Positions 24,274 to 34,700 of a DNA stretch of 64,000 nt are shown here, one piece after another. Below the pieces are notes generated by a model. The model searched no databases. It was not told the origin of the DNA and saw nothing but the letters and a program-made list of their open reading frames with translations. Numbering within the stretch: the first letter of the stretch is position 1; each line of letters begins with the position of its first letter. A program made the translations under genes and the position numbers. The DNA comes from a virus, in the IMG/VR virus record IMGVR_UViG_3300003322_000128, positions 34,784-98,783 of that record; one strand, 5' to 3'.

Positions 24274-25272
24274 ATGAGTAATACAGAACTACTAGAGAAG
24301 GTTATCCGTACTACCGAGGTTGGTTCCGGTGGTGGTGGTCTTCTTAACGCAGAGCAGGCAGACCGTTTCATTGATTACATGTGGGATGCAACTGTACTTG
24401 GTTCACAGGTACGTACAATCCGCATGCGTGCAACGGAGCAGGACATCGACAAGATTGGTGTTGGAGAGCGTCTAATGCGTGTTGCAACTGAGGCTGTTGA
24501 CGACGGTGTCAACGCTGGTGCGACATTCACCAAGATTTCTCTAACTACAAAGAAGTTGCGTCTTGACTGGGAGCTTTCAACCGAGTCTCTTGAGGACAAC
24601 ATTGAAGGTGACGCTCTTGAGGACCACATTGCGCGCCTTATGGCAACGCAGGCGGGTAACGACATTGAGGATGTTGCTATTAACGGTAACACCGCTCTTA
24701 CTTCAGACCCGCTGATGAAGGCATTTGACGGTTGGCGTAAGCTAGCCCTTGCAGGTGGACACGTTGTTGACCACGCTGGACAGCCACTTAACCGTGCTGC
24801 TGCCAACAAGGCTCTTAAGGCAATGCCACGTAAGTACATGCAGCGACGTAACGGTCTTAAGTTCTTCACCGGTTCAAACCTAATTCAGGATTACCTATAC
24901 GGTCTAACACAGACTGCTTCTGGCCTAATCAGCCTTGAGCAGGTTGCGCAGAACGTAACCCAGAACGGTGTTCGTACTGAGGGTCCTGCTGGATTTACCA
25001 GTCAGGCAATCTTCGGTGTTCCAGTTCAGGAGGTTCCACTATTCCTTGAGACAGTGGATGGTGACTACTCAGGTGCTACAGGTGACCATGGTGACCTATG
25101 GCTAACATTCCCACAGAACATGCTTTGGGGTGTAAAGCGTGAGATTCAGGTTTACCGTGAGTTCAAGCCAAAGAAGGACACAATCGAGTACACAATGTAC
25201 TGCCGTGTTGGTACACAGATTGAGAATGCAGACGCTTTCGTTGTTGTAAAGAACGTTAAGGTCTCAGCCTAA
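24274..25272 (+). CDS. Major capsid protein
   Basis: GGGLL..EQADRFI, ESLEDNIEG, INGNT; strong SD, biased codon usage, position. Confidence 0.92.
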   Translation: MSNTELLEKVIRTTEVGSGGGGLLNAEQADRFIDYMWDATVLGSQVRTIRMRATEQDIDKIGVGERLMRVATEAVDDGVNAGATFTKISLTTKKLRLDWELSTESLEDNIEGDALEDHIARLMATQAGNDIEDVAINGNTALTSDPLMKAFDGWRKLALAGGHVVDHAGQPLNRAAANKALKAMPRKYMQRRNGLKFFTGSNLIQDYLYGLTQTASGLISLEQVAQNVTQNGVRTEGPAGFTSQAIFGVPVQEVPLFLETVDGDYSGATGDHGDLWLTFPQNMLWGVKREIQVYREFKPKKDTIEYTMYCRVGTQIENADAFVVVKNVKVSA

Positions 25273-25286
25273 AATTCTGTTTGACG

Positions 25287-25319
25287 AACCCCGCCCAAAA
25301 GGGCGGGGTTTCGTGTTTT
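25287..25319 (+). terminator. Intrinsic terminator (CCCCGCC family)
   Basis: AACCCCGCCC-aaaa-GGGCGGGGTT-TCGTGTTTT. Confidence 0.85.
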
Positions 25320-25364
25320 ACACAAGCTTCTGCTATAATGAAATCAACATGGAGGATATGATTA

Positions 25365-25754
25365 ATGAGTTTTGAGACACTAAAGAAGGAAGACCTTCTG
25401 AAGATTGCCGATGATTACGGCGTAGAAACAAAGCCAACCGACACTAAGGCGGTCATTATTGCTGCGCTTGCTGAGGATGGCGTTAATTGGGAAGATGTTG
25501 CTAAGATGGACAAGACTGTTGCAGAACAGGATGCTGTTCTAAAGGAAGAGGCTGCTGAAAAGAAGTCTAATGGACCTAAGCAGCTTCTTAAGATGCTTCG
25601 TGCGAATGGAACATACGAAATTCGCGGGATTAAGTTCACCAAGGAACACCCATTTGCTCTTGTACCAGAAGATGATGCTGAGTATATCGTAGAAAGCGAT
25701 GCTCAGGGATTCCGTTACGCAACTCCAAAGGAGGCTGCGGAATATTATGGCTGA
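25365..25754 (+). CDS. Hypothetical protein with Rho-N/HeH-like N-terminus
   Basis: LKKEDLLKIADDYGV...TKAVIIAAL. Confidence 0.75.
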   Translation: MSFETLKKEDLLKIADDYGVETKPTDTKAVIIAALAEDGVNWEDVAKMDKTVAEQDAVLKEEAAEKKSNGPKQLLKMLRANGTYEIRGIKFTKEHPFALVPEDDAEYIVESDAQGFRYATPKEAAEYYG

Positions 25755-26133
25755 TATTGTCTTCCCAGGAATGGCAGCGGGGGGTCCTATTGGACAGGAC
25801 TATCTTCCTGCCAATTATGACCTTGTGCTGTATAAGGGAGACTATCTACCATTTACAGTAACTCTTAAGGACAGCCAGGGTAATGCGATTGACCTAACGG
25901 GTCATACAGCAAAGTGCAGTCTAAGGACGTCCTTTGATGCAGTAGAATCTTTTGACGCAGATTGCACAATTACTCCGTCAGAGGGAACAATTGATATTGT
26001 ATTTCCATCATCGTTGACATCAACTTTGACAGCAAGTTCCTACATTTGGGATTTTCAGGTAACTGATGAAGATGGAAATAACAGAACGTATTTTGCTGGT
26101 GACGTCACAGTATACTCAGAGGTAACAAGGTGA
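25747..26133 (+). CDS. Virion-associated beta-sandwich protein
   Basis: LYKGD, IDLTG, YIWDFQV; GGAGG SD. Confidence 0.75.
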   Translation: MADIVFPGMAAGGPIGQDYLPANYDLVLYKGDYLPFTVTLKDSQGNAIDLTGHTAKCSLRTSFDAVESFDADCTITPSEGTIDIVFPSSLTSTLTASSYIWDFQVTDEDGNNRTYFAGDVTVYSEVTR

Positions 26134-26684
26134 CAACCCCATCAGGGCCAATTAATATTGAAATTGTGCAGGCGGAGTCCCCAATGGTATCTATTACCAG
26201 GACTCCGCCACCTGGTGTTTCTGTTTCAGGTTCTGGGCCAAGAGGTCCGCAGGGAATTCAGGGACCTACAGGGGCTACCGGAGCGACAGGGCCCAAAGGA
26301 GATAAAGGCGACACTGGTAATACTGGTGCAACAGGAGCCACGGGCGCAACTGGTCCTGCCGGAAATAATGGTACAGATGGTGCACAATGGTTGAATGGAA
26401 CAGTAAATCCAACAAGTGGCCAGGGTGTTGTTGGAGACTGGTTTATTAATACAACAAGTCAGGATGTATTTAAGAAGACTAATTCAACCACATGGACATT
26501 GCAAGTCAATATTAAGGGTGCCACTGGTGCTACTGGAAGTACAGGTGCGCAAGGTGTCAAGGGCGATACTGGAGCAGCCGGACCAAATAATTTGGTTATT
26601 GTTACGGCTGGAACTGCACTACCAACCGACCCAACAGAACTAGCTGCTCTTGAAGGCAAGTTGTGGGTGGAGTACACGCCATGA
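26130..26684 (+). CDS. Collagen-like (Gly-X-Y) fibre protein
   Basis: Two GXY repeat tracts. Confidence 0.85.
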   Translation: MTTPSGPINIEIVQAESPMVSITRTPPPGVSVSGSGPRGPQGIQGPTGATGATGPKGDKGDTGNTGATGATGATGPAGNNGTDGAQWLNGTVNPTSGQGVVGDWFINTTSQDVFKKTNSTTWTLQVNIKGATGATGSTGAQGVKGDTGAAGPNNLVIVTAGTALPTDPTELAALEGKLWVEYTP

Positions 26685-27463
26685 CAGGAGTTCTACTTGG
26701 TGAGTGGGGATTTCTCGATAATCTGAATGATACATCTGGTCATGGTCATACAGCTACTGTAAATTACACTCCAACGTATGTAAATGGACCTCATGCTGGT
26801 TCACGGGGGATTACATTTTCGGCAGACGGACAGACTATTACTTATGGCCGAACAGGTCTAGAACCAGTCGCATCAGACGGGGGTGTTTGTATGATGGCTT
26901 GGGTTAAACTTTCGGCATCATCAACCGGATATCTTGGAGTTATCCATAAGCACAGAGACCCAAGCTCATTGTCTACTAGAGCAGGCTGTGACATGATTGG
27001 GAACAAGTTCAGACCATTTGCGAGATGGCGTGACCAGCTAGCTTTTGCAGATGGAATTGGCCCGGATTTGAACGATAACACTTGGCATCATCTTGCTGTA
27101 GTAGATGCAGATGACAGATATGAATGGTATGTCGATGGAACAAGTGTTCAGTCTGCAAGTAGAACGGGAACGGGAAGTGTAACTTGGGAGCCTTATCCAT
27201 GGTTTAGTGGTTTTACTGCGGACATGCATTCAAGCTCTCTGCTTTCAATTTCTGGAGTGAGGATTTTTTCCGGGTCACTGACAACAACTGAAGTAAATAC
27301 ATGGAAGAACACTGCTATTACATCTGCTCAGCCGGGAAATATTATTGTGGGCGGTATTAAGAAGCCGGTTTCTTCAAAGTCTGCCATTGTCGGCGGGGTT
27401 AAGAAGTCAGTTTCAGGTGCATATGTTATTGTAGGTGGAGTAAAGAAGCCTGCAAACCTATAA
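26681..27463 (+). CDS. LamG-like domain protein with triple C-terminal IVGG(I/V)KK repeat
   Basis: MAWVK, WHHLAVV, YVDG; three IVGGxKK units. Confidence 0.8.
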   Translation: MTGVLLGEWGFLDNLNDTSGHGHTATVNYTPTYVNGPHAGSRGITFSADGQTITYGRTGLEPVASDGGVCMMAWVKLSASSTGYLGVIHKHRDPSSLSTRAGCDMIGNKFRPFARWRDQLAFADGIGPDLNDNTWHHLAVVDADDRYEWYVDGTSVQSASRTGTGSVTWEPYPWFSGFTADMHSSSLLSISGVRIFSGSLTTTEVNTWKNTAITSAQPGNIIVGGIKKPVSSKSAIVGGVKKSVSGAYVIVGGVKKPANL

Positions 27464-27507
27464 CTCAATTTTAGGTTTTATATATTCAAATGTGATATAC
27501 TGACGAC

Positions 27508-28428
27508 ATGGAAATCTATAGAAATGAACTAGCAAATATTGACCTGAAGGTGCCTGTCACTGCGGTCAGTGGAACCTTTGAGGTAGCTGCCTATGAAGGT
27601 AACACACTGCTGTACACGTTCGCAACTGTATCACAGATTTCTGGTGGCTATAGAGTCGTGCTTCCATTCAGCCTTGTTCAGTCAGATAAGACTATCCAGA
27701 TTAGATGGAAGTTCAATTATGTTGAAAATTCTGTAACCAAGACATACAACTACACTACTGTTGTTGATGTTGTGACTCCGTATGTGACTTTGGATGAAAT
27801 TAAGGAAGCTATTCCTGAAGTTTTGACCATGTTCGATACCACTGACAAGATGGACCTTGAGCTGAAGAGGCTTGAGAGAAGGATTCGCGGCATTATTGAT
27901 AATTATACCGGGCAGTCATTTGGCAGGTATGTTGGAACACGTGAGGTGATTGGTTCTGGTGATGAAGAGCTTAAGCTTTCTGATAGGCTGGTTTCTCTAG
28001 AAAACATTGCTGGAGCGAATATTATTTACTCAAGTGACGGCATTTCTTCTCCTGGCCTTTACACTTCTAGAGGAGACGGATGGTACATTGGATTTTCCGC
28101 CCCAACTCCTACAGGTGATTATGTGTTTGAGAATGTTATCAGAGACCCGGACAGTGTTTATTCGCGCGGGTTTAGGGATAATTTTGTCTATACAATTACT
28201 GGAGTATGGGGATGGGACGATGTTCCTGCCGAAGTTAAAGAAGCAGCCCTGTCACTTTGTGAAGATGAATTGTGTCCACAAGCAGAATATAGAGACAGAT
28301 ACTTGAAGAGCATTTCTGGAGATGGCTGGAGATACGAGTACAATCCAAATGCTTACTATGGAACAGGAAGTGTGATTGTAGACCAGCTTCTTGAGCCTTT
28401 CCGACGTAGCACTATGGTTGTGATTTAA
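27508..28428 (+). CDS. Head-to-tail adaptor
   Basis: YVTLDEIK, IIDNYTGQSF, GWDDVPAEVKEAA. Confidence 0.8.
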   Translation: MEIYRNELANIDLKVPVTAVSGTFEVAAYEGNTLLYTFATVSQISGGYRVVLPFSLVQSDKTIQIRWKFNYVENSVTKTYNYTTVVDVVTPYVTLDEIKEAIPEVLTMFDTTDKMDLELKRLERRIRGIIDNYTGQSFGRYVGTREVIGSGDEELKLSDRLVSLENIAGANIIYSSDGISSPGLYTSRGDGWYIGFSAPTPTGDYVFENVIRDPDSVYSRGFRDNFVYTITGVWGWDDVPAEVKEAALSLCEDELCPQAEYRDRYLKSISGDGWRYEYNPNAYYGTGSVIVDQLLEPFRRSTMVVI

Positions 28429-28917
28429 TTGATTAGATGTCTAGCAAGTGCGAAGTTCAGTATGCTGGCAGACATTGTGAAGCCTGATGCTGCACCAGAT
28501 GATTCTTCATCATCAACAGGTCATTGGGAATGGGTTCAGGACCCTGATTCCTGGGCTTTCATTCAGGTTTGGGTAACAGATGACCCAAATACCCCGGATG
28601 TGGAAGGTCATGTTGTCACAGTTAAGTGTCGTGCTAAGGCTGCAATGACCGGAAGCATCCGAGCAGCAGAACAGTTTGGCTCAGAGTATTTGAATGAGGA
28701 GTGGGTTAAGCTCGAACTACCATTTAATGCCGATATTACTCTGAGAGACAGAGTAGCCAATATCAGGACTCTCAAGGGACAGACTCTTTGGTCTGAAGAG
28801 GAATCTGATGGCAATCCACCAACTACATTCGATGTATTCAGGGTTTCTCCTGAAATCGACGGGTTTGGAATGCTTATTGGCAAAATTGCTCTAGTCAAGA
28901 GGGCGGTTGTTCAATAA
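28429..28917 (+). CDS. Head-to-tail stopper/closure protein
   Basis: Position; ADITLRDRV. Confidence 0.65.
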   Translation: MIRCLASAKFSMLADIVKPDAAPDDSSSSTGHWEWVQDPDSWAFIQVWVTDDPNTPDVEGHVVTVKCRAKAAMTGSIRAAEQFGSEYLNEEWVKLELPFNADITLRDRVANIRTLKGQTLWSEEESDGNPPTTFDVFRVSPEIDGFGMLIGKIALVKRAVVQ

Positions 28918-29741
28918 TGGCTAAAAAGTACATTGGTTTCAATGTTGACATTGCTGAGTCAGCCGCCCTCACCGGATTTTTGCAAGAGCTTTCTATGGGT
29001 ATTAAGACATCTAGACATATTGGTCCAGTCCTTAAGTATACCCATGTGATTATGTCACAAGCATTTACTGATTATATGTCAGTAGTTGGTCCAGCGCAGC
29101 CTTCAAGGTTCCATCATGTCTATGAATGGGGGCAGATTGGAGACCCTACAGCTAAATTGTGGGACGATAAGCTTTTGGGAAGCGGTGCTACAAGGACAGC
29201 GACATTTTCTTGGCGGGCCTCGAAGCAAACTGTTCCAGTTCGGTCAGACTTTAAGGACGTTGGAGTAAAGCAAATCCATGTCTTTGTATGGAAGGCTCCT
29301 GTAATGGAATATGGAAAAAACATTTTGATTGAGCCAAAGAGAGGAAAGTTCCTCGCTTATTTCACAGGTCCCACGAATCCTAGTATGAAGTATGAGCGTC
29401 AAATTACTCAGAATCCTATCCATGTAACTGACCCTGGTGGACCTTTGGTAAAGGGTTCATTTACTAAGGAGTATGTTTCTTGGTGGGGTGGTTCTGGTGC
29501 TCAAGAGGTATTCAACTCATCAATTCGGCGGGTTCTAGAAGAAGACCTTGGTAAGATGCCTATTGAATCAGCAACAAAGCCATTCAGAAGAGCAAGAACA
29601 AAGACGTTCGCTATTAACACTATTGCGGATGCCGAAGCTGCACAAAGAGCTGGTGCATTGGCAGCAAAGAAGTATCTAGAATCTCGCTCTAGAAAATATA
29701 TTGAGGCGGCAAGAGCCAGGGAGGGGATTATTAATGGCTGA
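28917..29741 (+). CDS. Neck/tail-completion-region protein
   Basis: Position; FHHVYEWG. Confidence 0.65.
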   Translation: MAKKYIGFNVDIAESAALTGFLQELSMGIKTSRHIGPVLKYTHVIMSQAFTDYMSVVGPAQPSRFHHVYEWGQIGDPTAKLWDDKLLGSGATRTATFSWRASKQTVPVRSDFKDVGVKQIHVFVWKAPVMEYGKNILIEPKRGKFLAYFTGPTNPSMKYERQITQNPIHVTDPGGPLVKGSFTKEYVSWWGGSGAQEVFNSSIRRVLEEDLGKMPIESATKPFRRARTKTFAINTIADAEAAQRAGALAAKKYLESRSRKYIEAARAREGIING

Positions 29742-30282
29742 AGATTATAGGGTTGTTGGTGCTCATGAAATCAACAAATGGCTTTGGGATAAGCTTAAGG
29801 CGTTTGAGTATAAGCCGGGAGTAAAGGCATTTAAGGATTATAAGGGTTCTGGAAATACTTCAGGATATGATATTGTTCCTATTGTCCCTGGTTATCAGTG
29901 GCCACAAATGAGTGACATTACCGGAAATAGAAGCCCGTATATCGTTTACAATTATATTGTGTCTGCATACTCATCTGAATGGTGGTTGTGTAGAGAGCAG
30001 TGTGCCTATGTAATTTATGACTTTGATGAAGAACGCTTGAGGGCAATTAATGCCTATATGGTTGACCTTATGAAGAGAATGGATTGGACAGCCCGGGATT
30101 TGAACAACAGTTCCTTGGTATCAGACAAGTTTGATTTCAAGTTTGTGCAGCTTACTTCTGCGGCTGGCCCTGATGATTTTGCGGTAACAACTGAAAAGAC
30201 CCTTAGAGGAGCCATGGTAGTTGTCAATTACGAATATACAACTGATATGAATACTCAAGAGGGAAATGGCATGAGAGCATAA
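29734..30282 (+). CDS. Probable tail terminator
   Basis: PYIVY motif; precedes major tail gene. Confidence 0.65.
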   Translation: MAEDYRVVGAHEINKWLWDKLKAFEYKPGVKAFKDYKGSGNTSGYDIVPIVPGYQWPQMSDITGNRSPYIVYNYIVSAYSSEWWLCREQCAYVIYDFDEERLRAINAYMVDLMKRMDWTARDLNNSSLVSDKFDFKFVQLTSAAGPDDFAVTTEKTLRGAMVVVNYEYTTDMNTQEGNGMRA

Positions 30283-30387
30283 TTGGTTAATTTTGCTTTA
30301 GAACCCAAATCAGGATAATATACTGATAGAGGAAGTGCCTAGCCAGCACACAAAACTTTTTAACCTAAATGGAGGTGACATTCAAAA

Positions 30388-31017
30388 ATGGCATATCAGG
30401 TACGTAACATTATCATTGGTGCAGCAGCTCTTTATATTTCTGCAAAGGATAGCACTGATGTAGCATGGTCCGGAGGTCCGGCACTGCCAGCAAATCCATC
30501 TTCAGGTCAGTCTTTCACGACTGCTCTAGATGCTTCTGCTGACTTCCGCCACGCCGGTTTTACGACAGAAGGTCTTGAGGTTTCTTATGAGCCAGACTAC
30601 GGAGATGTAGAAGTTGACCAGCTTCTTGACTCAGCTAAGCTCTTCAAGCAGTCAATGCGAGTAACCATCAATACTACTCTTGCTGAGGCAGCGCTAGAGA
30701 ACCTTCTAGTTGCTTGGGGTCAGCAGTCTGCAACCCTTACATCAACAGCGAGCGTTACTGAACTTGGAATTGCGGCGGGTGCTCTAGGTGATGAGCCTGT
30801 AGAGCGTGCTCTAGTTGCTGTAGGTCCAGGTCCAAAGACTGCTGCTGGAGCCAAGCGTGAGCGTATTTATCACGCACGCAGAGTTCTGTCTGTAGAATCT
30901 ACTGCACACAGCGTTAAGCGTAATGAGGCTACGGTATTCCCAGTTGCATTCCGACTTCTACCAGACCCTAACTTCAGTGGTTCTGAGTACGGAATCATTC
31001 GTGACCGTAACATCTAA
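30388..31017 (+). CDS. Major tail protein
   Basis: GFTTEGLEVSYEP...VEVDQ; strong SD; terminator follows. Confidence 0.88.
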   Translation: MAYQVRNIIIGAAALYISAKDSTDVAWSGGPALPANPSSGQSFTTALDASADFRHAGFTTEGLEVSYEPDYGDVEVDQLLDSAKLFKQSMRVTINTTLAEAALENLLVAWGQQSATLTSTASVTELGIAAGALGDEPVERALVAVGPGPKTAAGAKRERIYHARRVLSVESTAHSVKRNEATVFPVAFRLLPDPNFSGSEYGIIRDRNI

Positions 31018-31033
31018 GATTTGATTTTCTATG

Positions 31034-31066
31034 AAGCCCCGCCTTTTGGCGGGGTTTTCATTTTTG
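31034..31066 (+). terminator. Intrinsic terminator (CCCCGCC family)
   Basis: CCCCGCC-tttt-GGCGGGG-TTTTCATTTTT. Confidence 0.85.
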
Positions 31067-31134
31067 CCCCATAAAATTGCGCCCATGATTAAATCGTGGT
31101 AAACTGAGATTATAAATGGAAGGAAAGGTTTAAA

Positions 31135-31482
31135 TTGGCAACATCTGTATATGTAACAGAGGATATTGGTCTACAGGACGAAACCTCAGTTACTCTAAAG
31201 CCACTTAACATTAAGACACTGCGTACCTTTATGAAGGTAATGGAAAAGTTTGGCGAGGAAGGTGCAACTGAAGAGGATGGTCTAGAAGTTCTTCTAGATG
31301 CGTCCGCTTTGTGCTTGAAGTCTCAGAGACCAGAGTTCTGGGATAACGACAAGCATACTGAGGCTTATGAAGATGCCGTTGATATGCCCACTGTATATCA
31401 CATTCTTGATGTATGTGGCGGAATTAAGCTCAACGACCCAAATCTTCTAGCGATGGCTCAGGAGGCTCTTGGAAGGAGCTAG
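31135..31482 (+). CDS. Tail assembly chaperone (short form)
   Basis: Between major tail and tape measure genes. Confidence 0.85.
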   Translation: MATSVYVTEDIGLQDETSVTLKPLNIKTLRTFMKVMEKFGEEGATEEDGLEVLLDASALCLKSQRPEFWDNDKHTEAYEDAVDMPTVYHILDVCGGIKLNDPNLLAMAQEALGRS

Positions 31483-31775
31483 ACCTGGCCGAACTAGAGG
31501 CTGAGGTTTTTCTCCTAGGCCACTGGAAAAACTTCGAAGAGATTGAGGACAATCTTACTCTCGATGAGCTTCGAGCAATTCTAGAGGCATCGCGTGAACA
31601 AGAATACCGACGACAGAAGTTCGCGGCGGCTCTTAAGGGAATTGACCTAGACGAAAAGAAGAACAATGATTCTTCATTCGAAGAGGTAAAGAGAAGGGCA
31701 GAGGCTAAACTTCGCGGGGTATCCGAAGAACAGCTTGAATTCTCCGATATTGGTATCGGAATTATTGAAGAATAA
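31135..31775 (+). CDS. Tail assembly chaperone, -1 frameshifted long form
   Basis: Slippery C CCA AAT at 31437-31443; start-less -1 frame open to TAA 31773-31775. Confidence 0.8.
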
Positions 31776-31793
31776 ATGAAGGAATGAGTTAAG

Positions 31794-34700
31794 ATAGAAA
31801 ACATTCAGATTAGATTTAGCGGTTCCGCAAACTTTAGAGAAGTTTACGGAGAAGTAACCCGATTGAACCAGCAGTTGCAAGTAATGCAGCGCAATATGGC
31901 ATCGGGTGCTTTGTCTATGAGCAATGTAAATGACTCTCGTAACTCATTCCGTAGAGCCGTTTCACAAATTGGTGACCTAGCCGTACAATCTGTACAGGCT
32001 AGGACTGCCACTTCCGTTCTGACTGAATCAATTATTAAGCGTGATATCAGTCTAAAGCAGTCAATGCAGGTCCACAAGCAGTTTACTAACATTCTGAAGG
32101 AACAGTATGCTCTTCAGCGTGCTATGGCTGTTCAGTGGACCACTTCAACTTCTGGCCGGGTTGGTGCGGACATGATTATTCCGCGCGGTAGCACAGAAAG
32201 AATTGAAGCAATGACCAACTCTCTTGCTGCAAACTCAAAGGCCATGGCTCGTGGCCTTATTGGCATGGGAGGATTGAACGAAGCTTGGTCAGTTATGCGT
32301 GTTCGTATTGGACTGACAACCGCCGCTTTGGGAGCAGCGTCAGAATCTCTTATTAAGTGGGGTAAGAATACTCAGTGGGCTGGTCGTCAGCTTATGGTTG
32401 GTTTTACCGTTCCATTGATGGCATTTGGCGCGGTGGCTGGAAAGGCTGCCTATGATGTAGATGCTGCAATGACTCGTATCCAGAAGGTTTACGATACCAC
32501 AGCAACTTCAGTAATGGGGAAGCAAAGAGAACTTGATGAACTACGTACTCAATCAATGAGTATGGGTGTTCAGGTTGCAAAGATGTATGGTCAGTCTTTG
32601 CAGGATACTCTCAGTCTAGAAGCTGACCTTGCTGCTACTGGTCTAAAGGGTCAGCAATTGCAGCAGGCAACTGTTTCTGTTACCCGCGCGGCTACTCTGG
32701 GTGAACTTGACAAGCAGCAGGCTATGAAGGCAACAATTGCACTTCAGTCTGTGTATGGAGATAGCGCAGAGCAGCTTACCAAGGACTTCAATTACATGAA
32801 CGCCATCGAGAATGCTACCAGCCTATCAATGCAGGACTTTGTTGATGCTATTCCTCGTGGTGCTGGTGTTATGAAGGCAATGGGCGTTGACCTAAAGCAG
32901 ATGGGTGTACTTCTAGTTGCCCTAAAGCAGAATGGTATTTCTGCGGCGGAAGGTATGAATGGTCTTCGTGCAGCGTCCCAGCGTCTTCTTATGATTCGTC
33001 CAGAAGGTGAAACAGAAAAGTCTTGGAAGAAGTTGCTTCCTGATGCACCTACCCTAAAGTCTATCGTTGACACCTATGAAGGAAAGTTTATTCCAATTCT
33101 TCAGGAACTGGGTAAGCAAATGGAAGGTCTTAAGCCTTACCAGCAGCAGGAAATGATTGCTCGTATCTTTGGTGTTTATCAGTCTAACAAGATTTATGGT
33201 GTTCTGAACGGCCTTGTAAACAAGACTGGGCAGGTTGGTACTGCCTACAAGATTATGGCTCAGGATGCTACAACGAACTCCACTATTGCTCAACAGGAGC
33301 TTGACAAGATGGCGGATTCTGCATCTGGTAAGTTCAAGCGTGCCCTTGAGTCTATTAAGGCTCAACTAGCAGTTGTCGGAGAACCGTTCCTTGAGGTTGG
33401 TTCTAAGATTCTCGGCTTCATCGGAAAGCTATTTGATATGTTCAATGCTATGCCGGGTGCCCTTAAGAAGGCAATGGCTGGTTTCATCATCGGTGGAGCG
33501 ATTCTTGGTCCTATCATTATGCTTACTGGTCTATTTGCTAACCTAATGGGCCAGATTGTTAAGCTTGGTGGTCTTCTTACTGGACTTCTTACAAGATTCC
33601 GCCCTCTTTCAATTGAGCAAAAGGCGCAGGCTATGTTGGCTGAGCGTTCCACTTTGGCGTGGTCAAATCAGGCTAGAGCTGCACAGGCTTTGTCTGGTCA
33701 GCTTTCTATGCTTACTTCTCAGATGGAGAGAATGGCCATTGCTCAGATGCAGGCTAATGGAATGGCCATCACGAGATTTGGAAGTACTACACCGAACTAT
33801 ACAACAAATGTAGGTGGAATTGGTCCGGCTCTTCCAACTGGTCAGTCTCCATATCGTCAGACAGCCAATGGTAGATATCAGAATGTTACAACCGGACGTT
33901 TTGTCTCAACACAAGAGATGAATGCATATGCGGCTGCGCAGGCAGCCGGTGCCCGTTCTGCACAGCAAGCGGCTGCTGCCTCAACTGTAACATCAAGAAA
34001 CTGGGGAAGAATTTCACTGGCAATGGGTGGGGTTGGACTTATGGCTGCAACAATGATGACAGCTTCCGGCTCTTCGGGTGAAATCATGAACAACATTAGT
34101 CTTGCTCTTGTTGCTGCTTCCATGCTTGGTCCTATGCTGGTAAAGGCTTTCCGTAATGCTGGAATTGCGGCGGCTGCTTCAAATGTCGGTGCGGCCTTTG
34201 GTCTAGGTTCTCGTGCTGGTTCAATTGCTGGTAGGGGTGCAGTTGGTAGATTTGCTTCTGGATTGTCGGCAGCAATGAGACCGGCATTGGCTCTTTCTGG
34301 AGTAATTCTTAGATTTGCTGGCCCTGTAGGACTTTTGGCGGGTGGAGCAATTCTTGCATTTAAGCTTTACCAGAATATGAAGAAGGGTGTAGAAACTCAG
34401 AAGAGAATCAATGAATCTGCTAAGGACTGGGCGGACGTTCTTGGATTTGTATACACAGAAGCTGGTCAGGTAAAGGATGCCAATGACAAGATTGTCAGCT
34501 CTATTGATGCTCAGGTAACAAAGCTGAAGGAAAAGAACGCCGAGCTTGTTAAGAGTTTGCAGCTTGCTAAGGATAATGAGGATACTCAGAATGCTATCAA
34601 CTTGGCGATTGCTGAGGGTCTTAAGGTGAAGAATCATGGTGGTTCTGCTGAAGATGCAACTTCTGCAACTGAACTATCTCTACGTGCTGCTGGATATAAG

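Noticed and set aside
31461-31479. Frameshift at CTT GGA AGG near the chaperone stop
   Set aside because: Not an XXXYYYZ heptamer; CCCAAAT upstream fits better
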